Shown piece by piece: positions 1 to 11,900 of a stretch of 64,000 bases of DNA. The position numbers and the translations under genes were made by a program. The notes under the pieces were generated by a model that saw nothing but the letters and a program-made list of their open reading frames with translations, was not told the DNA's origin and searched no databases. This DNA comes from the human T2T-CHM13v2.0 reference genome, Homo sapiens. The stretch is from the NCBI RefSeq assembly GCF_009914755.1, contig NC_060940.1; one strand, given 5' to 3'. Numbering within the stretch: position 1 is the stretch's first letter; every line of letters begins with the position of its first letter.

Positions 1-659
1 TTGTCCGGCTGGGTGGCTTGGCTGCCTTGGCCGGCTGGATTTCTTGGCTGGCTTGACTGGCTGGCTGGCTTGGCTGGCATGGCTGGCTGGCTGGCTAGGC
101 TGGCTTGGATCGCTGGCTGGCTTTGGCTGGGAGGCTTGGCTGCCTTGGCTGGCTGGGTGGCTTGGCTGGCTTGGCTGGCCTGGGTGGCTGGGTGGCTTGG
201 CTTGCCTGGCTGTCTGGCTGGCTTGGCTGGCTGGCTGGCTTAGGCTGGGTGGCTGGGCTGGCTTGGCTGGCTGGCAGGCTTGGCTGGCTAGCTGGCTTGG
301 CGGGCTTGGCTGGCTGTGTGGCTTGGCTGGCTTGGCTGGCTGGCTGGCTTGGCTGGCTGGCTGCCTGGCTGGCTTGGCTGTCTTGGCTGACTGGCTGGCT
401 TGACTGCCTGGCTGGCTTTGGCTGGGTGGCTTGGCTGGCTTGGCTGGCTGGGTGGCTTGGCTGGCTTGGATGGCTTGGCTGGCTTGGCCGGCTGTGCTGG
501 CTTGGCTGGCTTGGCTGGCTGGCTGACTGGGTGGCTTGGCTGGCTGGCTGGCTTGGCTGGCTTGGCTGGCTGGATGGCTTGGCTGGCTTGGCTGGCTGGA
601 TGGCTTGGCTGGCTTGGCTGGCTGGCTGGCTTCACTGGCTTGGCTGGCTGGGTGGCTTG

Positions 660-3600
660 GCTGGCTTGGCTGGCTTGGCTGGCTTGGCTGGCCTGGGTGG
701 CTGGGTGGCTTGGCTTGCCTGGCTGTCTGGCTGGCTTGGCTGGCTGGCTGGCTTTGGCTGGGTGGCTTGGCTGGCTTGGCTGGCTGGGTGGCTTGGCTGG
801 CTTGGATGGCTTGGCTGGCTTGGCGGGCTGTGCTGGCTTGGCTGGCTTGGCTGGCTGGCTGACTGGGTGGCTTGGCTGGCTGGCTGGCTTGGCTGGCTTG
901 GCTGGCTGGCTGGCTTCACTGGCTTGGCTGGCTGGGTGGCTTGGCTGGCTTGGCTGGCTTGGCTGGCTTGGCTCGCTGGCTGGCTAGGCTGGCTGGCTTT
1001 GGCTGGGAGGCTTGGCTGCCTTGGCTGGCTGGGTGGCTTGGCGGGCTTGGCTGGCCTTGCAGGCTGGGTGGCTTGGCTGGCCTGGCTGGCTGGCTGGCTG
1101 GCTTTGGCTGGGTGGCTTGGCTGGCTTGGCTGGCTTGGTTGGCTGGCAGGCTTGGCTGGCTGGCTGGCTAGGCTGGCTTGGTTGGCTGTGTGGCTTGGCT
1201 GGCTTGGCTGGCTGGCTGACTGGGTGGCTTGGCTGGCTGGCTGGCTTGGCTGTCTTGGCTGGCTGGATGGCTTGGCTGGCTTGGCTGGCTGGCTGGCTTC
1301 ACTGGCTTGGCTGGCTGGGTGGCTTGGCTGGCTTGGCTGGCTTGGCTGGCTTGGCTCGCTGGCTGGCTAGGCTGGCTGGCTTTGGCTGGGAGGCTTGGCT
1401 GCCTTGGCTGGCTGGGTGGCTTGGCGGGCTTGGCTGGCCTTGCTGGCTGGGTGGCTTGGCTGTCCTGGCTGGCTGGCTGGCATGGCTGGCTGGCTGGCTT
1501 TGGCTGGGTGGCTTTGCTGGCTTGGCTGGCTTGGTTGGCTGGCAGGCTTGGCTGGCTGGCTGGCTTGGCTGGCTTGGTTGGCTGTGTGGCTTGGCTGGCT
1601 TGGCTGGCTGGCTGGCTTGGCTGGCTTGGTTGGCTGTGTGGCTTGGCTGGCTTGGCTGGCTGGCCGGCTTGGCTGGCTGCCTGGCTGGATTGGCTGGCTT
1701 GGCTGGTTGGCTGGCTTGGCTGGATGGCTGGCTTTGGCTGGGTGGCTTGGCTGGCTTGGCTGGCTGGGTGGCTTGGCTGCCTGGCTGGCTGGCTTGGCTG
1801 ACTGTGTGGCTTGGCTGTCTTGGCTGGCTTGGCTGGCTGGCTGGCTTGTCTGGCTGGCTGGCTGGCTTGGGTGGCTTGGCTGGCTGGCTGGCTTGGTTGG
1901 GTGGCTTGGCTGGCTGGGCCGCTTGGCTGGCTTGGCTGGCTGGCTGGCTTGGCTGGCTTGGCTGGCTGGCTGGCTTTGACTGGGTGGCTTGGCTGGCTTG
2001 CCTGGCTGGGTTGGTTGGCCGGCTTGGATAGCTTGGCCGGCTGGGTGGCTTGGCTGGCTTGGCTGGATGGATGGCTTGGCTGGCTTGCCTGGCTGGCTGG
2101 CTGGCTTGGCTGGCTTGGCTGGCTGTCTGGCTGGATTGGCAGGCTTGGCTGGATGGCTGGCTTGGCTGGCTTGGCTGGCTCTGTGGCTTGGCTGGCTTGG
2201 CTGGCTTGGCTGGCTCTGTGGCTTAGCTGGCTGGCTGGCTTGGCTGGCTTGACTGGCTGGCTGGCTTTGACTGGGTGGCTTGGCTGGCTTGCATGGCTGG
2301 GTTGGTTGGCTGGCTTGGATGGCTTGGCCGGCTGGGTGGCTTGGCTGGCTTGGCTGGATGGATGGCTTGGCTGGCTTGGCTGGCTGGCTGGCTGGCTTGG
2401 CTGGCTTGGCTGGCTGTCTGGCTGGATTGGCAGGCTTGGCTGGATGGCTGGCTTGGCTGGCTTGGCTGGCTATGTGGCTTGGCTGGCTTGGCTGGCTCTG
2501 TGGCTTGGCTGGCTTGGCTGGCTTGGCTGGCTTGGCTGGCTGGCTGGCTTGGCTGGGTGGCTTGGTTGGCTGGGTCACTTGGCTGGCTTGGCTGGCTGGC
2601 TGGCTTTGGCTGGGTGGCTTGGCTGGCTTGGCTGGCTGGGTGGCTTGGCTGGCTGGGTCACTTGGCTGGCTTGGCTGGCTGGCTGGCTTTGGCTGGGTGG
2701 CTTGGCTGGCTTGGCTGGCTGGGTGGCTTGGCTGGCTTGGCTGGTTGGCTGGCTGGGTGGCTTGGCTGGCTTGGCTCGCTGGGTGGCTTGGCTGGCTTGG
2801 GTGGCTCTGTGGCTTGGCTGGCTGGGCTGCCTGGGTGGCTTGGCTGGCTGGCTTGGCGGCTTGGGTGGCTTGGCTCGCTTGGGTGGCTTTGCTGGCTGGC
2901 TTGGCTGGCTTGCCTGGGTGGCTGGCTTGGCCGGCTTGGCTGCCTGGCTGGCTTGGCTGGCTTCGCTGGCTGGCTTTGGCTGGGTGGTTTGGCTGGCTTG
3001 GCGGGCTGGGTGGCTTGGCTGGCTTGGCCGGCTGGGTGTCTTGGCTGGCTTGGCTAGCTTGTCCGGCTGGGTGACTTGGCTGCCTTGGCCAGCTGGATTT
3101 CTTGGCTGGCTTCACTGGCTGGCTGGCTTGGCTGGCATGGCTGGCTGGCTGGCTAGGCTGGCTTGGATCGCTGGCTGGCTTTGGCTGGGAGGCTTGGCTG
3201 CCTTGGCTGGCTGGGTGGCTTGGCTGGCTTGGCTGGCCTGGGTGGCTGGGTGGCTTGGCTTGCCTGGCTGTCTGGCTGGCTTGGCTGGCTGGCTGGCTTT
3301 GGCTGGGTGGCTTGGCTGGCTTGGCTGGCTGGGTGGCTTGGCTGGCTAGCTGGCTTGGCTGGCTTGGCTGGGTGTGTGGCTTGGCTGGCTTGGCTGGCTG
3401 GCTGGCTTGGCTGGCTGCCTGGCTGGCTTGGCTGTCTTGGCTGACTGGCTGGCTTGACTGCCTGGCTGGCTTTGGCTGGGTGGCTTGGCTGGCTTGGCTG
3501 GCTGGGTGGCTTGGCTGGCTTGGATGGCTTGGCTGGCTGGCTGACTGGGTGGCTTGGCTGGCTGGCTGGCTTGGCTGGCTTGGCTGACTGGATGGCTTGG

Positions 3601-6600
3601 TTGGCTTGGCTGGCTGGCTGGCTTCACTGGCTTGGCTGGCTGGGTGGCTTGGCTGGCTTGGCTGGCTTGGCTGGCCTGGGTGGCTGGGTGGCTTGGCTTG
3701 CCTGGCTGTCTGGCTGGCTTGGCTGGCTGGCTGGCTTTGGCTGGGTGGCTTGGCTGGCTTGGCTGGCTGGGTGGCTTGGCTGGCTTGGATGGCTTGGCTG
3801 GCTTGGCGGGCTGTGCTGGCTTGGCTGGCTTGGCTGGCTGGCTGACTGGGTGGCTTGGCTGGCTGGCTGGCTTGGCTGGCTTGGCTGGCTGGCTGGCTTC
3901 ACTGGCTTGGCTGGCTGGGTGGCTTGGCTGGCTTGGCTGGCTTGGCTGGCTTGGCTCGCTGGCTGGCTAGGCTGGCTGGCTTTGGCTGGGAGGCTTGGCT
4001 GCCTTGGCTGGCTGGGTGGCTTGGCGGGCTTGGCTGGCCTTGCAGGCTGGGTGGCTTGGCTGGCCTGGCTGGCTGGCTGGCTGGCTTTGGCTGGGTGGCT
4101 TGGCTGGCTTGGCTGGCTTGGTTGGCTGGCAGGCTTGGCTGGCTGGCTGGCTAGGCTGGCTTGGTTGGCTGTGTGGCTTGGCTGGCTTGGCTGGCTGGCT
4201 GACTGGGTGGCTTGGCTGGCTGGCTGGCTTGGCTGTCTTGGCTGGCTGGATGGCTTGGCTGGCTTGGCTGGCTGGCTGGCTTCACTGGCTTGGCTGGCTG
4301 GGTGGCTTGGCTGGCTTGGCTGGCTTGGCTGGCTTGGCTCGCTGGCTGGCTAGGCTGGCTGGCTTTGGCTGGGAGGCTTGGCTGCCTTGGCTGGCTGGGT
4401 GGCTTGGCGGGCTTGGCTGGCCTTGCTGGCTGGGTGGCTTGGCTGTCCTGGCTGGCTGGCTGGCATGGCTGGCTGGCTGGCTTTGGCTGGGTGGCTTTGC
4501 TGGCTTGGCTGGCTTGGTTGGCTGGCAGGCTTGGCTGGCTGGCTGGCTTGGCTGGCTTGGTTGGCTGTGTGGCTTGGCTGGCTTGGCTGGCTGGCTGGCT
4601 TGGCTGGCTTGGTTGGCTGTGTGGCTTGGCTGGCTTGGCTGGCTGGCCGGCTTGGCTGGCTGCCTGGCTGGATTGGCTGGCTTGGCTGGTTGGCTGGCTT
4701 GGCTGGATGGCTGGCTTTGGCTGGGTGGCTTGGCTGGCTTGGCTGGCTGGGTGGCTTGGCTGCCTGGCTGGCTGGCTTGGCTGACTGTGTGGCTTGGCTG
4801 TCTTGGCTGGCTTGGCTGGCTGGCTGGCTTGTCTGGCTGGCTGGCTGGCTTGGGTGGCTTGGCTGGCTGGCTGGCTTGGTTGGGTGGCTTGGCTGGCTGG
4901 GCCGCTTGGCTGGCTTGGCTGGCTGGCTGGCTTGGCTGGCTTGGCTGGCTGGCTGGCTTTGACTGGGTGGCTTGGCTGGCTTGCCTGGCTGGGTTGGTTG
5001 GCCGGCTTGGATAGCTTGGCCGGCTGGGTGGCTTGGCTGGCTTGGCTGGATGGATGGCTTGGCTGGCTTGCCTGGCTGGCTGGCTGGCTTGGCTGGCTTG
5101 GCTGGCTGTCTGGCTGGATTGGCAGGCTTGGCTGGATGGCTGGCTTGGCTGGCTTGGCTGGCTCTGTGGCTTGGCTGGCTTGGCTGGCTTGGCTGGCTCT
5201 GTGGCTTAGCTGGCTGGCTGGCTTGGCTGGCTTGACTGGCTGGCTGGCTTTGACTGGGTGGCTTGGCTGGCTTGCATGGCTGGGTTGGTTGGCTGGCTTG
5301 GATGGCTTGGCCGGCTGGGTGGCTTGGCTGGCTTGGCTGGATGGATGGCTTGGCTGGCTTGGCTGGCTGGCTGGCTGGCTTGGCTGGCTTGGCTGGCTGT
5401 CTGGCTGGATTGGCAGGCTTGGCTGGATGGCTGGCTTGGCTGGCTTGGCTGGCTATGTGGCTTGGCTGGCTTGGCTGGCTCTGTGGCTTGGCTGGCTTGG
5501 CTGGCTTGGCTGGCTTGGCTGGCTGGCTGGCTTGGCTGGGTGGCTTGGTTGGCTGGGTCACTTGGCTGGCTTGGCTGGCTGGCTGGCTTTGGCTGGGTGG
5601 CTTGGCTGGCTTGGCTGGCTGGGTGGCTTGGCTGGCTGGGTCACTTGGCTGGCTTGGCTGGCTGGCTGGCTTTGGCTGGGTGGCTTGGCTGGCTTGGCTG
5701 GCTGGGTGGCTTGGCTGGCTTGGCTGGTTGGCTGGCTGGGTGGCTTGGCTGGCTTGGCTCGCTGGGTGGCTTGGCTGGCTTGGGTGGCTCTGTGGCTTGG
5801 CTGGCTGGGCTGCCTGGGTGGCTTGGCTGGCTGGCTTGGCGGCTTGGGTGGCTTGGCTCGCTTGGGTGGCTTTGCTGGCTGGCTTGGCTGGCTTGCCTGG
5901 GTGGCTGGCTTGGCCGGCTTGGCTGCCTGGCTGGCTTGGCTGGCTTCGCTGGCTGGCTTTGGCTGGGTGGTTTGGCTGGCTTGGCGGGCTGGGTGGCTTG
6001 GCTGGCTTGGCCGGCTGGGTGTCTTGGCTGGCTTGGCTAGCTTGTCCGGCTGGGTGACTTGGCTGCCTTGGCCAGCTGGATTTCTTGGCTGGCTTCACTG
6101 GCTGGCTGGCTTGGCTGGCATGGCTGGCTGGCTGGCTAGGCTGGCTTGGATCGCTGGCTGGCTTTGGCTGGGAGGCTTGGCTGCCTTGGCTGGCTGGGTG
6201 GCTTGGCTGGCTTGGCTGGCCTGGGTGGCTGGGTGGCTTGGCTTGCCTGGCTGTCTGGCTGGCTTGGCTGGCTGGCTGGCTTTGGCTGGGTGGCTTGGCT
6301 GGCTTGGCTGGCTGGGTGGCTTGGCTGGCTAGCTGGCTTGGCTGGCTTGGCTGGGTGTGTGGCTTGGCTGGCTTGGCTGGCTGGCTGGCTTGGCTGGCTG
6401 CCTGGCTGGCTTGGCTGTCTTGGCTGACTGGCTGGCTTGACTGCCTGGCTGGCTTTGGCTGGGTGGCTTGGCTGGCTTGGCTGGCTGGGTGGCTTGGCTG
6501 GCTTGGATGGCTTGGCTGGCTGGCTGACTGGGTGGCTTGGCTGGCTGGCTGGCTTGGCTGGCTTGGCTGACTGGATGGCTTGGTTGGCTTGGCTGGCTGG

Positions 6601-7003
6601 CTGGCTTCACTGGCTTGGCTGGCTGGGTGGCTTGGCTGGCTTGGCTGGCTTGGCTGGCCTGGGTGGCTGGGTGGCTTGGCTTGCCTGGCTGTCTGGCTGG
6701 CTTGGCTGGCTGGCTGGCTTTGGCTGGGTGGCTTGGCTGGCTTGGCTGGCTGGGTGGCTTGGCTGGCTTGGATGGCTTGGCTGGCTTGGCGGGCTGTGCT
6801 GGCTTGGCTGGCTTGGCTGGCTGGCTGACTGGGTGGCTTGGCTGGCTGGCTGGCTTGGCTGGCTTGGCTGGCTGGCTGGCTTCACTGGCTTGGCTGGCTG
6901 GGTGGCTTGGCTGGCTTGGCTGGCTTGGCTGGCTTGGCTCGCTGGCTGGCTAGGCTGGCTGGCTTTGGCTGGGAGGCTTGGCTGCCTTGGCTGGCTGGGT
7001 GGC
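660..7003. repeat. Higher-order tandem repeat A, period 2983 bp, ~2.1 copies
   Basis: Identical translated ORFs recur at a constant offset of 2983: 1012/3995, 1367/4350, 1811/4794 and 3102/6085. Identity breaks at ~4020 vs ~7003. Confidence 0.92.
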
Positions 7004-8974
7004 TTGGCTGGCTTGGATGGCTGGCTTGGCTGCCTGGCTTGTCTGGCTGGCTGTCTGGCTTGGGTGGCTTGGCTGGCTGGCTGGCTTGGCTGGCTGGCTA
7101 GGCTGGCTTGGATCGCTGGCTGGCTTTGGCTGGGAGGCTTGGCTGCCTTGGCTGGCTGGGTGGCTTGGCTGCCTTGGCTGGCCTGGGTGGCTGGGTGGCT
7201 TGGCTTGCCTGGCTGTCTGGCTGGCTTGGCTGGCTGGCTGGCTTTGGCTGGGTGGCTTGGCTGGCTTGGCTGGCTTGGCTGGCTGGCTGGCTTGTCTGGC
7301 TGGCTGTCTGGCTTGGGTGGCTTGGCTGGCTGGCTGGCTTGGCTGGCTGGCTAGGCTGGCTTGGATCGCTGGCTGGCTTTGGCTGGGAGGCTTGGCTGCC
7401 TTGGCTGGCTGGGTGGCTTGGCTGGCTTGGCTGGCCTGGGTGGCTGGGTGGCTTGGCTTGCCTGGCTGTCTGGCTGGCTTGGCTGGCTGGCTGGCTTTGG
7501 CTGGGTGGCTTGGCTGGCTTGGCTGGCTTGGCTGGCTGGCAGGCTTGGCTGGCTAGCTGGCTTGGCGTGCTTGGCTGGCTGTGTGGCTTGGCTGGCTTGG
7601 CTGGCTGGCTGGCTTGGCTGGCTGCCTGGCTGGCTTGGCTGTCTTGGCTGACTGGCTGGCTTGACTGCCTGGCTGGCTTTGGCTGGGTGGCTTGGCTGGC
7701 TTGGCTGGCTGGGTGGCTTGGCTGGCTTGGATGGCTTGGCTGGCTTGGCCGGCTGTGCTGGCTTGGCTGGCTTGGCTGGCTGGCTGACTGGGTGGCTTGG
7801 CTGGCTGGCTGGCTTGACTGTCTTGGCTGGCTGGATGGCTTGGCTGGCTTGGCTGGCTGGCTGGCTGGCTGGCTTCACTGGCTTGGCTGGCTGGGTGGCT
7901 TGGCTGGCTTGGCTGGCTTGGCTGGCTTGGCTCGCTGGCTGGCTAGGCTGGCTGGCTTTGGCTGGGAGGCTTGGCTGCCTTGGCTGGCTGCGTGGCTTGG
8001 CGGGCTTGGCTGGCCTTGCTGGCTGGGTGGCTTGGCTGGCCTGGCTGGCTGGCTGGCATGGCTGGCTAGCTGGCTTTAGCTGGGTGGCTTGGCTGGCTTG
8101 GCTGGCTTGGTTGGCTGGCAGGCTTGGCTGGCTGGCTGGCTTGGCCGGCTTGGTTGGCTGTGTGGCTTGGCTGGCTTGGCTGGCTGGCTGGCTTGGCTGG
8201 CTTGGTTGGCTGTGTGGCTTGGCTGGCTTGGCTGGCTGGCTGGCTTGGCTGGCTGCCTGGCTGGATTGGCTGGCTTGCCTGGTTGGCTGGCTTGGCTGGA
8301 TGGCTGGCTTTGGCTGGGTGGCTTGGCTGGCTTGGCTGGCTGGGTGGCTTGGCTGGCTTGGCTGGCTGGTTTGGCTGCCTGGCTGGCTGGCTTGGCTGGC
8401 TGTGTGGCTTGGCTGTCTTGGCTGGCTTGGCTGACTGGCTGGCTTGTCTGGCTGGCTGTCTGGCTTGGGTGGCTTGGCTGGCTGGCTGGCTTGGCTGGGT
8501 GACTTGGCTGTCTGGGCCGCTTGGCTGGCTTGGCTGGCTGGCTGGCTTGGCTGGCTTGGCTGGCTTGGCTGGCTTGGCTGGCTGGCTGGCTTTGACTGGG
8601 TGGCTTGGCTGGCTTGCCTGGCTGGGTTGGTTGGCTGGCTTGGATGGCTTGGCCGGCTGGGTGGCTTGGCTGGCTTGGCTGGATGGATGGCTTGGCTGGC
8701 TTGGCTGGCTGGCTGGCTGGCTTGGCTGGCTGTCTGGCTGGATTGGCAGCCTTGGCTGGATGGCTGGCTTGGCTGGCTTGGCTGGCTATGTGGCTTGGCT
8801 GGCTTGGCTGGCTATGTGGCTTGGCTGGCTTGGCTGGCTTGGCTGGCTTGGCTGGCTGGCTGGCTTGGCTGGGTGGCTTGGTTGGCTGGGTCACTTGACT
8901 GGCTTGGCTGGCTGGCTGGCTTTGGCTGGGTGGCTTGGCTGGCTTGGCTGGCTGGGTGGCTTGGCTGGCTGGCT

Positions 8975-11900
8975 GGCTTGGCTGGGTGGCTTGGCTGGCT
9001 GTGTGGCTTGGCTGTCTTGGCTGGCTTGGCTGGCTGTGTGGCTTGCCTGTCTTGGCTGGCTTGGCTGGCTGGCTGGCTGACTTGGGTGGCTTGGCTGGCT
9101 GGCTGGCTTGGCTGGGTGGCTTGGCTGGCTGGGCCGCTTGGCTGGCTTGGCGGGCTGGCTGGCTTGGCTGGCTTGGCTGGCTGGCTGGCTTTGACTGGGT
9201 GGCTTGGCTGGTTTGCCTGGCTGGGTTGGTTGGCTGGCTTGGATGGCTTGGCCGGCTGGGTGGATTGGCTGGCTTGGCTGGATGGATGGCTTGGCTGGCT
9301 TGGCTGGCTGGCTGGCTGGCTTGGCTGGCTTGGCTGGCTGTCTGGCTGGATTGGCAGGCTTGGCTGGATGGCTGGCTTGGCTGGCTTGGCTGGCTATGTG
9401 GCTTGGCTGGCTTGGCTGGCTATGTGGCTTGGCTGGCTTGGCTGGCTTGGCTGGCTGGCTGGCTTGGCTGGGTGGCTTGGTTGGCTGGGTCACTTGACTG
9501 GCTTGGCTGGCTGGCTGGCTTTGGCTGGCTGGCTTGGCTGGCTTGGCTGGCTGGGTGGCTTGGCTGGCTTGGCTGGTTGGCTGGCTGGGTGGCTTGGCTG
9601 GCTTGGCTCGCTGCGTGGCTTGGCTGGCTTGGGTGGCTCTGTGGCTTGGCTGGCTGGGCTGCCTGGGTGGCTTGGCTGGCTGGCTTGGCGGCTTGGGTGG
9701 CTTGGCTCGCTTGGGTGGCTTTGCTGGCTGGCTTGGCTGGCTTGCCTGGGTGGCTGGCTTGGCCGGCTTGGCTGCCTGGCTGGCTTGGCTGGCTTCGCTG
9801 GCTGGCTTTGGCTGGGTGGTTTGGCTGGCTTGGCGGGCTGGGTGGCTTGGCTGGCTTGGCCAGCTGGGTGTCTTGGCTGGCTTGGCTAGCTTGTCCGGCT
9901 GGGTGACTTGGCTGCCTTGGCCAGCTGGATTTCTTGGCTGGCTTGACTGGCTGGCTGGCTTGGCTGGCATGGCTGGCTGGCTGGCTAGGCTGGCTTGGAT
10001 CGCTGGCTGGCTTTGGCTGGGAGGCTTGGCTGCCTTGGCTGGCTGGGTGGCTTGGCTGGCTTGGCTGGCCTGGGTGGCTGGGTGGCTTGGCTTGCCTGGC
10101 TGTCTGGCTGGCTTGGCTGGCTGGCTGGCTTTGGCTGGGTGGCTTGGCTGGCTTGGCTGGCTGGGTGGCTTGGCTGGCTAGCTGGCTTGGCTGGCTTGGC
10201 TGGCTGTGTGGCTTGGCTCGCTTGGCTGGCTGGCTTGGCTGGCTGGCTGCCTGGCTGGCTTGGCTGTCTTGGCTGACTGGCTGGCTTGACTGCCTGGCTG
10301 GCTTTGGCTGGGTGGCTTGGCTGGCTTGGCTGGCTGGGTGGCTTGGCTGGCTTGGATGGCTTGGCTGGCTTGGCCGGCTGTGCTGGCTTGGCTGGCTTGG
10401 CTGGCTGGCTGACTGGGTGGTTTGGCTGGCTGGCTGGCTCGGCTGGCTTGGCTGGCTGGATGGCTTGGCTGGCTTGGCTGGCTGGCTGGCTTCACTGGCT
10501 TGGCTGGCTGGCTGGCTTCACTGGCTTGGCTGGCTGGGTGGCTTGGCTGGCTTGGCTGGCTTGGCTCGCTGGCTGGCTAGGCTGGCTGGCTTTGGCTGGG
10601 AGGCTTGGCTGCCTTGGCTGGCTGGGTGGCTTGGCGGGCTTGGCGGGCTTGGCTGGCCTTGCTGACTGGGTGGCTTGGCTGGCCTGGCTGGCTGGCTGGC
10701 ATGGCTGGCTGGCTGGCTTTGGCTGGGTGGCTTGGCTGGCTTGGCTGGCTTGGTTGGCTGGCAGGCTTGGCTGGCTGGCTGGCTTGGCTGGCTTGGTTGG
10801 CTGTGTGGCTTGGCTGGCTTGGCTGGCTGGCTGGCTTGGCTGGCTTGGTTGGCTGTGTGGCTTGGCTGGCTTGGCTGGCTGGCTGGCTTGGCTGGCTGCC
10901 TGGCTGGGTTGGCTGGCTTGGCTGGTTGGCTGGCTTGGCTGGATGGCTGGCTTTGGCTGGGTGGCTTGGCTGGCTTGGCTGGCTGGGTGGCTTGGCTGGC
11001 TTGGATGGCTGGCTTGGCTGCCTGGCTGGCTGGCTTGGCTGGCTGTGTGGCTTGGCTGTCTTGGCTGGCTTGGCTGGCTGGCTGGCTTGTCTGGCTGGCT
11101 GTCTGGCTTGGGTGGCTTGGCTGGCTGGCTGGCTTGGCTGGCTGGCTAGGCTGGCTTGGATCGCTGGCTGGCTTTGGCTGGGAGGCTTGGCTGCCTTGGC
11201 TGGCTGGGTGGCTTGGCTGGCTTGGCTGGCCTGGGTGGCTGGGTGGCTTGGCTTGCCTGGCTGTCTGGCTGGCTTGGCTGGCTGGCTGGCTGGCTTTGGC
11301 TGGGTGGCTTGGCTGGCTTGGCTGGCTTGGCTGGCTGGCAGGCTTGGCTGGCTAGTTGGCTTGGCTGGCTTGGCTGGCTGTGTGGCTTGGCTGGCTTGGC
11401 TGGCTGGCTGGCTTGGCTGGCTGCCTGGCTGGCTTGGCTGTCTTGGCTGACTGGCTGGCTTGACTGCCTGGCTGGCTTTGGCTGGGTGGCTTGGCTGGCT
11501 TGGCTGGCTGGGTGGCTTGGCTGGCTTGGATGGCTTGGCTGGCTTGGCCGGCTGTGCTGGCTTGGCTGGCTTGGCTGGCTGGCTGACTGGGTGGCTTGGC
11601 TGGCTGGCTGGCTTGGCTGGCTTGGCTGGCTGGATGGCTTGGCTGGCTTGGCTGGCTGGCTGGCTTCACTGGCTTGGCTGGCTGGGTGGCTTGGCTGGCT
11701 TGGCTGGCTTGGCTCGCAGGCTGGCTAGGCTGGCTGGCTTTGGCTGGGAGGCTTGGCTGCCTTGGCTGGCTGCGTGGCTTGGCGGGCTTGGCTGGCCTTG
11801 CTGGCTGGGTGGCATGGCTGGCCTGGCTGGCTGGCTGGCATGGCTGGCTGGCTGGCTTTGGCTGGGTGGCTTGGCTGGCTTGGCTGGCTGGCTGGCTTGG